Assembly (NCBI GenBank): GCA_023266235.1
Contig: JAHFRL010000009.1
Location: 1,820 to 65,819, forward strand
Direction: 5' to 3'
Source: Betaproteobacteria bacterium
GTDB lineage: Bacteria; Pseudomonadota; Gammaproteobacteria; Burkholderiales; SG8-41
DNA length: 64,000 nucleotides
A model generated the notes under the pieces. The model had not been told where the DNA came from and made no database searches. It worked only from the letters and a program-made list of their open reading frames with translations. Positions 18,142 to 27,542 of the stretch are shown piece by piece. The position numbers were made by a program, and so were the translations under genes. Each line of letters starts with the position of its first letter. Positions within the stretch are counted from its first letter, which is position 1.

Positions 18142-19724
18142 AGTTGCGCGAGGTACGCCTTCGCGCGCGCGAGTTCCGGCCGCCCGCTGTCGGCGTTTTT
18201 CGACAACGCCACCAGTTTCGCGTAGTAGTCCCTGGCTTTCTGCCGGTCGCCGGCTGCCTCGGCGGCTTGCGCCGCACCGTAGATCCCACGGAACCGGTTC
18301 GGCTCGCGCGCGTGCGTTGCCTCGAATTCCTTGAGCGCCAGCGCCGGCTGCTTGAGCTCGAGCAGCATCTCGCCCAGCAACTCGCGCGCCGGAACGATGC
18401 GCGCGGGCGTGACAATATGCTTCTCGCTCCGGTCCTCCGTGTCGGCGGCGGCGCGCATGAACTTGAGCGCTTCATCCGTTTTGCCCTGGACAAGCGCGAT
18501 CCACCCCGCCACGGCAAGCCGCTGGACTTCGACTTCATTCGCCCAATAATTGTTTTTCGCAGCCTGCAGCGCTTTGTGCAGCGTGGCGAGCTCCTCGGCG
18601 TTCTTTTCCGCGGCGGCAGCGTCGCCGCCGCGGGCCGCGCCGAGCGCTCGTGCGAAGTACGTGATGGCTTCCGTAAACGGGTACTGGGTCGTCTGCGGCT
18701 GCAACTGCATCGCCTCGCGCCATGCGCCGCGCTCGAGCGCGTAGCGCGCGTTCATCGCGGCAATCGCGTAGGGGGCCGTAAATCGCGCAGGGCTGGTCCC
18801 GCTCACCTGAAGGGCTTCCTCTATCGTGCGCCGGGCGTCGCCGTCGCGTGCGAGCTGCAGATAAGCGTAGACCATGTAGTCGCTGGCGTGATATGCCTCG
18901 TCGGGCTCATTCCCCTTTTTCGCTGATTCAGCCGAACGACGATTCGTCGCAACCGATTCCTCCCATGCGCCGACGCGGGTGAAGATGTGCGAAGGCATAT
19001 GGAGCGCGTGCGGCGCCGCGGGCGCGATGCCGGCGTAGCGACGGGCGGCAGTTAAACCTTGTTGCGCGATGGGCGGAGCGTCGTAGCTGTGGATCAGGTA
19101 GTGCGCGACACCCGGGTGGTCGGGGTACTTGGCGAATTGCTTTTCCAGGATCGAGGCCGCCTTGAGGTACGCTGCGTAGGTCTGATCAGTTTGCAACTGG
19201 GTGCCGGCGAGATAGAGCGCGTAGAAAATCTGCGCTTCATCGTCATCCGGATAGCGGGCCGCGAGCGCTTCGTACGCCTTGGCGCGCGTGTCCTGACGCG
19301 CGCGTTCGGAGCGGTTCGACCAATCCTGATAGTAGGTGGCAACTGCCTCGATGTAATCGCGCTCGCGCTGGGTCTTGGCGCCGATCCGGCGGCCCTGCTC
19401 GACTGCCGCCTGCGATTGCTCTGCCCCCTTGGGCGACGCGCCGCCTCCCGCGAGCGGATTCGACATCAGGATCGATGCAATGCCCCAGGTCGCGATGGCG
19501 CAGGAGGGATCCTGCGCCAGCACGTCGCGGAACGTCTTCTCGGCCGCGCTGTACCAGAAAGAGTGCAGCATCGCCACGCCGCGCTCGAACTGCGCCTGCA
19601 CTTTGGGATCGCAGGTGGTGGGGAAACTCACCTTGCCAAGCTTCTCGCCTTGCTGGGCAAACGCTCCGGTGGCGAACGCGCCCGCCAACAGGGTCGCAGC
19701 AAAAATCTGATTTTTCGATATCAT
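18138..19724 (-). CDS. Exported TPR-like all-helical protein with His motifs
   Basis: Signal peptide; GKVSFPTTC, LHSFWY, HYLIHSYD, PHALHMPSHIF; C-terminal TPR-like helices. Confidence 0.85.
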   Translation of the reverse strand: MISKNQIFAATLLAGAFATGAFAQQGEKLGKVSFPTTCDPKVQAQFERGVAMLHSFWYSAAEKTFRDVLAQDPSCAIATWGIASILMSNPLAGGGASPKGAEQSQAAVEQGRRIGAKTQRERDYIEAVATYYQDWSNRSERARQDTRAKAYEALAARYPDDDEAQIFYALYLAGTQLQTDQTYAAYLKAASILEKQFAKYPDHPGVAHYLIHSYDAPPIAQQGLTAARRYAGIAPAAPHALHMPSHIFTRVGAWEESVATNRRSAESAKKGNEPDEAYHASDYMVYAYLQLARDGDARRTIEEALQVSGTSPARFTAPYAIAAMNARYALERGAWREAMQLQPQTTQYPFTEAITYFARALGAARGGDAAAAEKNAEELATLHKALQAAKNNYWANEVEVQRLAVAGWIALVQGKTDEALKFMRAAADTEDRSEKHIVTPARIVPARELLGEMLLELKQPALALKEFEATHAREPNRFRGIYGAAQAAEAAGDRQKARDYYAKLVALSKNADSGRPELARAKAYLAQL

Positions 19725-19983
19725 GAGCAGCCTCCGTCCAGTTAGCTCGCAGATTCAAAGGGATTAAAACACGGAGCTTAACCTCGCGCGCCACGACGGT
19801 CTACAGCCGCCTTGCCCGGTAATTAGATGCCGGCCAGATGAATATGGCGCGTGAATTGAGTCATAGCGCGCGTGTGATCCAATACACACGGTTCCGCTTC
19901 GTATCCCGCTAGTTCGCCTTGATTTTCTGGAAGCGTATGATTTCGCCTCTTTTGGCGCGCCCCGCCGAAAGAAATACTCGATA

Positions 19984-20070
19984 TGCCTGCGGCGAGCCGA
20001 CGACGACATTTACGCCGAGTTCCAGCATGTGCTTGCGATAATCGTTGCCAGGCAGCGGGCGGTTTACTGC
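19984..20070 (-). pseudogene. Remnant of a Bug/TctC C-terminus
   Basis: Manual translation AVNRPLPGNDYRKHMLELGVNVVVGSPQA resembles Bug tails in this window (EINKAM..EIRTRMSALGVEFAGGTPE). Confidence 0.45.
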
Positions 20071-20117
20071 GCTTCAGCATCGCTGTTCGCGGACGCGCGC
20101 GGAGCCTCGCCGCAGCC

Positions 20118-21752
20118 TCAGTCGGCGTCATCCGGCCGGAACTTGGTCTCGGGCTTGAGGCCCTTGCGCCGCAACTTTTCGCTGATGCGGCCGTTCTCGA
20201 GATAACGGCCTGCGACCGCGCGCTGCGCCGCGGCGTCCCATTGCGGCAGCCAGTCGCCGAGCGAATAGCCGTACCACGGCGGCTGCGGGCGCAGCCTGGG
20301 CAAACCGAGCCGTTCCCAGATCGCTTTCGCGCGCTCCATGTACTCCCGCTTCGGCAGCGCGAGCGGCGGCATGTCGCCCTTCATGGTCGCATCCATCAGC
20401 AGCGTGGAGTCTTCATCGTCCTCGCGCTCGCGCTTCGGGCCGTGGCCCTGGCCGCGGTGCGGCAGCGTTTGCACGTCCGCGACCGGATTCATGCGGTACG
20501 CGAGCGCCCACAGCAGCGCATCCGCATTGTCGGGATCGATGTCGTCGTTGACGGCGACGCAGATCTTGCCGCAGTCGCCCTTGAAGTACGCCGCCCCGTA
20601 CAACGCGCGCCACACTTCGGTCGGCGGCGTGCCTTTCTCGACGGTAATGATGGTGACACGCAGCAACCCGGTCAGCGGTTCGTGCAACGACACGCGTTTG
20701 ACGCCGCGCACGCCGAGCGCATCGCGCAGGTGCGCGAGGAACAGCGGCTCATACGCAACGCGCTTGATCACGCTCGACTCGGAGGGTGCCACCTGGCTGA
20801 TGTAGGACGGGATGACCGGTTTCTTGCGATGCGTGATCGCGGTAACCCGCATCGGCATGTTGTACTCTTCGAGCGCGACGTGGCCGTGTGATTCGCCGAA
20901 CGGCGCCTCCGGCTCGACGTATTCGGTATCGATCAGGCCCTCGATCACGACCTCGGCTTCGGCCGGAACGAGCAGGTCGACGGTTTTCGCCCGTACGACG
21001 TTAATCGGCGCGCCGGCGAGTCCGCCCGCCACCGTGAACTCGTCGACGCCGAGCGGCAGCTTCTGCGGACCCATGAATGCGACATACGGCGGGCAGCCGA
21101 GCACGATCGCGCACGGCATGGTCTGGTCGCCGCGCTGCTGGTGCTTGAGATAATGCTGATAGCCGCCGGCGCCGCCGACGCGCGTCGCCATGCGCACGAC
21201 CAGACGATCCGGCGCTTTCAGCGCGGCGCGATAAGTGCCCATGTTCTGCACGCCGGTTTCCGGATCGCGCGTAATGACATTGGTCGCGGTCAGCGTGGGC
21301 GCGCTGTCGAAGCCGGGCGTCGAGATCGGGATCGGCAGCAGGTCGAGCCCGTGGCCCTCGCCCTGCAGCGCCGCGCCTTCGATGACGACTTCCTGGCACA
21401 CGCCATCGGTGACGACCCGCGGCGGGATGGGATGGGCGATCGCGTGCTCCCACTTCGCCTGGATCCCGTCGACCGGCACGCCCATGCCAGCGCTGTAAAT
21501 CGCGCGGTTGGCGGCGATCGCGCCGACCACCACCGGAATCGCATACTTGCGGCCGCGGCCGTCGCTGATATTCGTGAACAGGAACGCCTTGCGCTCTGGC
21601 TCGTCGAGGCCGCCGACGAATTGCCAGCGCACCAGCGGGTGCAGCTCCGCGTCCTTGTCGATCGGCTCGTCGACGGTCAGCAGCAGCCCGCGCTGCTTCA
21701 GCGTATCCAAGTGTTCGTGCAGATCGGGATAGCCGCGCGGGGCGTCGGTCAT
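20118..21752 (-). CDS. UbiD-family (prFMN-dependent) decarboxylase
   Basis: AFLFTN, QNMGTYR, VPAEAEVVIEG, EAPFGESHG, VNDDIDP..LLWAL. Confidence 0.92.
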   Translation of the reverse strand: MTDAPRGYPDLHEHLDTLKQRGLLLTVDEPIDKDAELHPLVRWQFVGGLDEPERKAFLFTNISDGRGRKYAIPVVVGAIAANRAIYSAGMGVPVDGIQAKWEHAIAHPIPPRVVTDGVCQEVVIEGAALQGEGHGLDLLPIPISTPGFDSAPTLTATNVITRDPETGVQNMGTYRAALKAPDRLVVRMATRVGGAGGYQHYLKHQQRGDQTMPCAIVLGCPPYVAFMGPQKLPLGVDEFTVAGGLAGAPINVVRAKTVDLLVPAEAEVVIEGLIDTEYVEPEAPFGESHGHVALEEYNMPMRVTAITHRKKPVIPSYISQVAPSESSVIKRVAYEPLFLAHLRDALGVRGVKRVSLHEPLTGLLRVTIITVEKGTPPTEVWRALYGAAYFKGDCGKICVAVNDDIDPDNADALLWALAYRMNPVADVQTLPHRGQGHGPKREREDDEDSTLLMDATMKGDMPPLALPKREYMERAKAIWERLGLPRLRPQPPWYGYSLGDWLPQWDAAAQRAVAGRYLENGRISEKLRRKGLKPETKFRPDDAD

Positions 21753-21855
21753 GTGAAGTTGCTCCGGGAAACGTGTGAGATAATCCGCTTTCCTGCAACA
21801 TTCGATTTTAAGCCAAAGCGCACCTTTGCGCCCGATACCCTCCTGAGGTCGTGTT

Positions 21856-22734
21856 GTGAAAGCCGCCCCGTTCGAATACGTGCGCGCGAAGTCCGTCGCC
21901 GAAGCGTGCGCGCTGCTGCGCCAGGACGGCGGCGACGTCAAGCTGATCGCCGGCGGCCAGAGCCTGGTGCCGATGATGGCCATGCGCCTGACGCGGCCGG
22001 CCCGCCTTGTCGATATCAACGAAATCGCCGCGCTGAAATTCGTCGCACTGGAACCGGATGCAGCTCGCACCGGCGCATGCACGCGGCAATGCGTGATCGA
22101 ACGCGATGACGCCATTGCTGCGCGCGTGCCGCTGCTGCGGCAGGCGCTGGCGTGGGTGGGCCACATTCAGACCCGCAATCGCGGCACCATCGGCGGCAGC
22201 CTCGCGCACGCTGATCCCGCCGCCGAGCTGCCGCTCGCGGCACAGGTGCTCGGCGCGAAGATGGTGCTGCGCTCGACGGCCGGCACGCGCAGCGTCACCG
22301 CCGCCGAATTTTTCGCCGGGCCGCTGACGACCGCGATCGAGCCGCACGAATGCCTCGAGGAGATTCACTGGCCGGTGTGGTCCGAGCGGCGCACGGGGTC
22401 GGCTTTCACCGAAATCAGCCGGCGGCACGGCGATTTCGCGATCGTCGCGGCGGCCGCGCAAATTGCGCTGGACGAAAATGAGCGTTGTGTCCGCGCAAGC
22501 CTTGGTTTGGGCGGGGGTGGAACGACGCCGCTCGCGTTTCCCAAGCTCGCCGCGCAGCTGATCGGCACCCGGCTCGAAGACGCCGTGGTGCAAAGCATCG
22601 CGCACGACGCCGCGGTCGAACTCGATCCGGGCGGTGATCTGCACGCAAGTCCGGGCTATCGCAAACAGCTGGCCGGTGTGCTCGCCGCGCGCGTGCTGCG
22701 CGCCGCGCATGAACAGGCAAGGAACAAACAGTGA
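21856..22734 (+). CDS. Mo-hydroxylase FAD-binding (medium, CoxM-like) subunit
   Basis: AGGQSL, RNRGTIGGS, ADPAAE, RRHGDFA. Confidence 0.92.
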   Translation: MKAAPFEYVRAKSVAEACALLRQDGGDVKLIAGGQSLVPMMAMRLTRPARLVDINEIAALKFVALEPDAARTGACTRQCVIERDDAIAARVPLLRQALAWVGHIQTRNRGTIGGSLAHADPAAELPLAAQVLGAKMVLRSTAGTRSVTAAEFFAGPLTTAIEPHECLEEIHWPVWSERRTGSAFTEISRRHGDFAIVAAAAQIALDENERCVRASLGLGGGGTTPLAFPKLAAQLIGTRLEDAVVQSIAHDAAVELDPGGDLHASPGYRKQLAGVLAARVLRAAHEQARNKQ

Positions 22735-23222
22735 GCGAAACTCTGTACCCGATCGCGGTCGAGGTCAACGGCGTGCAGCGCATGGCGCAAGTACCGGCGC
22801 GGCTCTCGCTCGTCGACTGGCTGCGCGAAGAATTGCGTCTGACCGGCACGCACGTCGGCTGCGAACACGGCATCTGCGGCGCGTGCTCGATCATGCTCGA
22901 CGGCGAGCCGGTCCGCTCGTGCCTCATGTATGCAGTGCAGGCGAACGGACACCGCGTGACCACGGTGGAAGGGCTCGGCAAGCCCGACGGATCGTTGAGC
23001 GTATTGCAGGACAGTTTCTGCCACCTGCACGGTCTGCAGTGCGGCTACTGCACGCCGGGCATGCTGATCGCGGCGCAGGGATTGCTCAACACCACGCCGC
23101 GCCCGACGGACGAGCAGATCCGCGAGGCGATCGGCGGCAACCTGTGCCGCTGCACCGGCTACCAGCAGATCGTGGACGCGGTGAAGCACGCCGCCGGGCG
23201 GCTCGCCGCGGCAAATAAGTGA
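22731..23222 (+). CDS. Mo-hydroxylase 2Fe-2S (small, CoxS-like) subunit
   Basis: GCEHGICGAC, SC, QCGYCTPG, CRCTGY. Confidence 0.95.
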   Translation: MSETLYPIAVEVNGVQRMAQVPARLSLVDWLREELRLTGTHVGCEHGICGACSIMLDGEPVRSCLMYAVQANGHRVTTVEGLGKPDGSLSVLQDSFCHLHGLQCGYCTPGMLIAAQGLLNTTPRPTDEQIREAIGGNLCRCTGYQQIVDAVKHAAGRLAAANK

Positions 23223-23239
23223 CTCAACTGCAACCCTTC

Positions 23240-23342
23240 GACGCAAAGTCGCAAAGACAATCAAGAGATACAAATCGACATCACGCATTACGTAGCCGAC
23301 ATTCATTCCTGCTTTCCTTTGCGGCTTTGCGCCTCTGCGTCA
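23240..23342. repeat. 8-bp-period inverted-arm element
   Basis: gacgcaaagt-cgcaaaga ... ctttgcgg-ctttgcgc-ctctgcgtc, between the S and L subunit genes. Confidence 0.8.
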
Positions 23343-23364
23343 AGGTCTTGGGGTTGATCCGGTC

Positions 23365-25767
23365 GTGACTCAGCTATTTCGTTACATCGGGAAAAAGCGC
23401 CGGACCAAGGAGGACCCGCGTTTCGTGATGGGCCGCGGCCGCTTTGTCGCCGACATCGCGCTGCCCGGAATGAAGCATGTTGCGCTGGTCGCCTCGCCGT
23501 ATCCAAGCGCGCGGATACTCGCGATCAAAGCCGCGGCCGCGCTGGCGGTGCCGGGCGTGCATTACGTGCTGACCGGCGAGGAATTCTGCGCCGCCACCGA
23601 CTCGCTCGCGATCGGCGTCGACACGCCCAAGGTGACGCGCTATGCGCTCGCCAAAGACGTCGTGCGCTACACCGGCGAGTGGGTCGCCGCGGTCGTCGCC
23701 GACACGCGCGCGATCGCCGAGGACGCCGCGGAACTGGTCGAAGTCGATTACGCGCCGATGCCGCACGTGATCGACCCCGAACAGGCGGTAGCAGCCAGCA
23801 GCCCGCTCGTGCACCCGGCGCACGGCTCGAATATCCTGTTTCACCGGCGCTTTGTATGGGGGCCGGTCGAGCAGGCATTCGCAACAGCCGAGCACAAGCT
23901 TGCGCTGCGCGCGGTATGGGGACGCAGCTCGACGGTGCCGATCGAAACGTTCGGCGTCGCGGCGCAGTGGGACCCGGGCCAGCAAATGCTCGACATCTGG
24001 GCGTCGATCCAGATGCCCAAGTATCCCGACCAGGCGGCGCGCGCGCTGCGGCTGCCCGGCAACGCGGTGCGCGTGCATTACGACGTGGACGTCGGCGGCA
24101 GCTACGGCGTCAAGCGCGGCATCAAGCACACGGTGCTCGTCGGCTATCTCGCGAAACGCCTCGGCATGCCGGTGCGGCTGATCGAAGACCGGCTCGAGAA
24201 CATGCGCGGCGGCGACGCGCACGGCCCCGACCGGATTTTCGACATGCAGGTCGCGTTCGATCGCGACGGCACCATCCGCGCGCTCAAGATCCGCGCGCTC
24301 GACGACGTCGGCGCGTATGCGGGCCGCTCGCCGCTGCAGCTCGGCAAGCCGGTCTCCGCGATCTGCGGTCCTTACCGCATCGCCGCCGTCGAATACGAAC
24401 CGACTTCCGTGATGACGAACAAAACGCCGCAGGAAGCGGTGCGCGGGTTCGGCCAGTCGCCGACCAATTTCGCGCTCGAGCGCACCATCGACCACGTCGC
24501 GCGCCATCTCGGCATGGACCGCATCGAGCTGCGCCGCAAAAACCTGATCCGCAAGGAAGAGTTCCCGTACCGCATCCCGAGCGGCTCGACTTACGACTCG
24601 GGCGACTACCACACCGTGCTCGACAAGGCACTCGCCGCAATCGATTACCCGGCGCTCGTCGCCGAGCGCGACCGGGCGCGCCGCGCGGGACAGCTCGCCG
24701 GCATCGGGATTTCGACCTGCCTCGAGCCGAGCGGCGGCAATTCCGCGTTCGAGCCGCTGTTCAATCCAAAAAACGACACCACCACCTGGATGGACTCGTG
24801 CCTGGTGCGCGTCGATCTCTCGGGCGCGATCACCGGCGTGATGGGCACTTCCTCTGCCGGCCAGGGCCACGAGACCCTCGTGTCCACCGTGATCGGCGAA
24901 GTGCTCGAGCGCGATCCGGCGGGCATCCGCGTCGTGCGCGCCGATTCGCTGTCGGCGCTGCCTTCCAACAGCCCCGTCGGCAGCCGCATGGCGATCATGC
25001 TCGGCGGCGCGGCGGCGGGCGCCGCGCGCAAGATCAAGGAAGCGCTGATCGAAATCGCCGCGCACAATCTTGGCTGCACGGCCGAGGCGATCGAATACCA
25101 CGAGGGCAACGTCGCGGTGCGCGGCCATCCGGAAAAGCGCATGACGTGGGACGAGCTCGTCGCCATCGCGCACCGCAAATACCACCAGATGCCGGCGGGG
25201 CTGGAGCCCGGGCTGCAGGCGAAATTCGTGTGGGAAGTCCCCACCGGCGGCGCGCTGCCGACCGCCGACGGCATAATCCAGATCTACCCGTGCTACGCAT
25301 TTGAAACCCATATCGTGTACGTCGAAATCGATCCCGAGACCGCCAAGCCGTCGCTGCGTAAGTACGTGTGCGGACACGATTGCGGCGTGATGATCAATCC
25401 CGACATCGTGCACGGCATGACCTACGGCGGCATCGCACACGGCATCGGCGCCGCGCTCTACGAGAAATTCGCCTACACCGAGGACGGCCAGCTCGAGAGC
25501 GGCACCTTCGTGGACTACCTGATTCCGAGCGCCATGGAAATACCGGCGATCGCCATCGTCGATCACTGCACGCCCTCGCCGCTCACGACCTTCGGGCAGA
25601 AAGGCTCGGGCGAGGCTGGCTATCTCGGCGCGCCCGCCGCGGTCGCCAACGCGATCAACGATGCACTCGCTCCGCTCGGCGCGAGCATTGAAACCCTGCC
25701 GATCACGCAGGACGCGCTGTGGCACGTTATCGAAACCGGCAAAACCAAAACACCTGTTCCCGCTTGA
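23365..25767 (+). CDS. Xanthine-dehydrogenase-family molybdopterin-binding (large) subunit
   Basis: VGGSYG, AVRGFG, GQGHET, DCGVMINP, KGSGEAG; lacks the CODH AYxCSFR motif. Confidence 0.92.
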   Translation: MTQLFRYIGKKRRTKEDPRFVMGRGRFVADIALPGMKHVALVASPYPSARILAIKAAAALAVPGVHYVLTGEEFCAATDSLAIGVDTPKVTRYALAKDVVRYTGEWVAAVVADTRAIAEDAAELVEVDYAPMPHVIDPEQAVAASSPLVHPAHGSNILFHRRFVWGPVEQAFATAEHKLALRAVWGRSSTVPIETFGVAAQWDPGQQMLDIWASIQMPKYPDQAARALRLPGNAVRVHYDVDVGGSYGVKRGIKHTVLVGYLAKRLGMPVRLIEDRLENMRGGDAHGPDRIFDMQVAFDRDGTIRALKIRALDDVGAYAGRSPLQLGKPVSAICGPYRIAAVEYEPTSVMTNKTPQEAVRGFGQSPTNFALERTIDHVARHLGMDRIELRRKNLIRKEEFPYRIPSGSTYDSGDYHTVLDKALAAIDYPALVAERDRARRAGQLAGIGISTCLEPSGGNSAFEPLFNPKNDTTTWMDSCLVRVDLSGAITGVMGTSSAGQGHETLVSTVIGEVLERDPAGIRVVRADSLSALPSNSPVGSRMAIMLGGAAAGAARKIKEALIEIAAHNLGCTAEAIEYHEGNVAVRGHPEKRMTWDELVAIAHRKYHQMPAGLEPGLQAKFVWEVPTGGALPTADGIIQIYPCYAFETHIVYVEIDPETAKPSLRKYVCGHDCGVMINPDIVHGMTYGGIAHGIGAALYEKFAYTEDGQLESGTFVDYLIPSAMEIPAIAIVDHCTPSPLTTFGQKGSGEAGYLGAPAAVANAINDALAPLGASIETLPITQDALWHVIETGKTKTPVPA

Positions 25768-25804
25768 TGCAGTATCGCGAGGCGGCACGGGATGCAGCGC
25801 ACGC

Positions 25805-25855
25805 TTGACGGCCCGTCACTGGGTGGGGTACGATTTCAGAAAATACGAATTCTGA
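25805..25855 (+). promoter_or_regulatory. Putative TA promoter with inverted-repeat operator
   Basis: TTGACG-N18-TACGAT, then TCAGAA-N8-TTCTGA (25836-25855). Confidence 0.5.
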
Positions 25856-25860
25856 CTATT

Positions 25861-26103
25861 ATGGAAACGACCGAACTGGACACCTCCGAAATCGAACTGC
25901 GTGAGCGCGGGCAACTAACGCTGCCCAAATCGCTGCGCGACGCCCTGCATCTCGAAACCGGCGACGCGCTGCGCGCGGTTAAGATCGCCAACGCCATCGT
26001 CTTGACTCCCCAGCGCATGGATCTCGACGCTCTGCGCAAGCAGATGCGCAAGCTCATGAAACAACACGGCGTGAGCGCCGAAGAGCTGCTGCGCGATTTG
26101 TGA
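25861..26103 (+). CDS. AbrB/MazE-type antitoxin
   Basis: LRERGQLTLPKSLRDALHLETGD. Confidence 0.85.
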   Translation: METTELDTSEIELRERGQLTLPKSLRDALHLETGDALRAVKIANAIVLTPQRMDLDALRKQMRKLMKQHGVSAEELLRDL

Positions 26104-26519
26104 TCACGGTTTTTCTCGATAGCAACGTTCTCATTTCCACCTTGATCGGCTCGGCGCACTCAGCGCCCGTGGTGCTGGTGGATTGGCTCGCCAGCAGCCA
26201 CGCCGCCACGCTGATAACGGGCCGCTGCTGTATTCAAGAAGTGGAAAAGAATCTCGCGCGTAAACTGCCGCAAGCGCAGCCGCTGTGGCGACAATTTATG
26301 ATCGCAAGCGGTATTCGCATCGTGCCTTGCCCGCGCAAATCCATCGCCGGCATTAACGCCAAGGATGCGGCCATTATCGCCGCCGCCGTTGCTGCCGCTG
26401 CAACACATTTTGTGACGGGCGATAAGCGCCTGCTTGCGGAAATGCGCGCCGCGAAATCCAAGTTGCCGCAAGCGCTGATGCCGCGAGAGATGCTGGAGGC
26501 GCTGCTCACGCAAGGCTAG
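26100..26519 (+). CDS. PIN-domain (VapC-like) toxin
   Basis: VFLDSNVL, QEV, KDAAI, FVTGDK; GTGA overlap with the antitoxin. Confidence 0.85.
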   Translation: MITVFLDSNVLISTLIGSAHSAPVVLVDWLASSHAATLITGRCCIQEVEKNLARKLPQAQPLWRQFMIASGIRIVPCPRKSIAGINAKDAAIIAAAVAAAATHFVTGDKRLLAEMRAAKSKLPQALMPREMLEALLTQG

Positions 26520-26526
26520 TTTAACC

Positions 26527-27540
26527 ATGAAACCCATCGTCATCGACATCCATGCGCACTTCACTCCCAAATTCCTGTTTGAGCGCTTCGACGCGCACGC
26601 CGCGAAATTTCCCGGCGTGAAGCTCCTGCGCGATGACAAAGGAATGCGCATGCAGTTTCCGGGCACCGAGCCCACGCGCCCGCTCATGCCCAGGCTCTCG
26701 GATCTCGCCGACCGCCGCGCATGGATGGACAGGAATGGCATCGACCATCAACTGGTCGGCGGCTGGCTCGACAGCTTCGGCTACGAACTGCCCGCGAAGG
26801 AAGGACTCGCGTGGAGCCGCTTCATGAACATTTGCATGCGGGAGCAGCTGCGCGACGAGCCACGCTTCACGCCGCTCGCGACCGTGCCGCTGCAGGACGG
26901 CAAGCTCGCCGCCGAGGTGCTGGGCGAGGCGATGGCCGAAGACTTCGGCGGCGTGATGATAGGCACGCTGCCGAAAGGCATAGCCGGCGGCAACCTCGAC
27001 GATCCGTCGCTCGACCCGTTCTGGGACACGGCGTCCAGACTCGGCGCCGCGGTCTACCTGCACCCGATGTTCGTCTGCGGCGAGCCGCGGCTGGGCGACT
27101 ACGACCTCGTGAACGCAATCGGGCGCCTGGTTGACACCTCGATCGCGGCGTCGCGGCTGCTGTGCTCGGGGCACCTGCTCAAGTACCCGGGCATGAAGTT
27201 CATCCTGTCGCACGGCGGCGGCACTCTGCCGTACGCGCTCGGGCGGCTTGCGCGCAGCCACCAGGCCGCGCCGGGCAAGGTCGCCGATCCGCGCCAGGGC
27301 TTCGCGACGATGTACTTCGACTCGTGCGTGTTCGACGTCGACTCGCTCGAATACCTGGCCCGCAAAGCCGGCGTTGAGCGCGTAATGCTCGGCTCCGACG
27401 CGCCGTTCCCGATCGGCGACCCGGAGCCGAAGAAAGTCATAGCGAACGGGAACTTCACGGCGGCGCAGAAAAACGACATGCTCAGCGCGACCGCGCAGAG
27501 CGTATTTCGCGTACGATCCGATTGCTGGTGCGGGAGCTGA
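26527..27540 (+). CDS. Amidohydrolase-superfamily decarboxylase (ACMSD-like)
   Basis: IDIHAH, YLHP, HGGGTLPY..GR, LGSDAPF. Confidence 0.88.
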   Translation: MKPIVIDIHAHFTPKFLFERFDAHAAKFPGVKLLRDDKGMRMQFPGTEPTRPLMPRLSDLADRRAWMDRNGIDHQLVGGWLDSFGYELPAKEGLAWSRFMNICMREQLRDEPRFTPLATVPLQDGKLAAEVLGEAMAEDFGGVMIGTLPKGIAGGNLDDPSLDPFWDTASRLGAAVYLHPMFVCGEPRLGDYDLVNAIGRLVDTSIAASRLLCSGHLLKYPGMKFILSHGGGTLPYALGRLARSHQAAPGKVADPRQGFATMYFDSCVFDVDSLEYLARKAGVERVMLGSDAPFPIGDPEPKKVIANGNFTAAQKNDMLSATAQSVFRVRSDCWCGS

Positions 27541-27542
27541 CC

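Noticed and set aside
23365-25767. Aerobic CO dehydrogenase (coxMSL order)
   Set aside because: The active-site loop is AVRGFG, not AYxCSFR or AYRGAGR
23374-25788. 804-aa antisense ORF (likewise 33165-35495, 43395-45374, 15476-17026 and many others)
   Set aside because: Shadow ORFs opposite well-supported genes, expected in high-GC DNA; no recognisable motifs
27520-27540. CWCGS-UGA end of the amidohydrolase as a possible Sec site
   Set aside because: The domain is complete and the next gene starts 2 nt later
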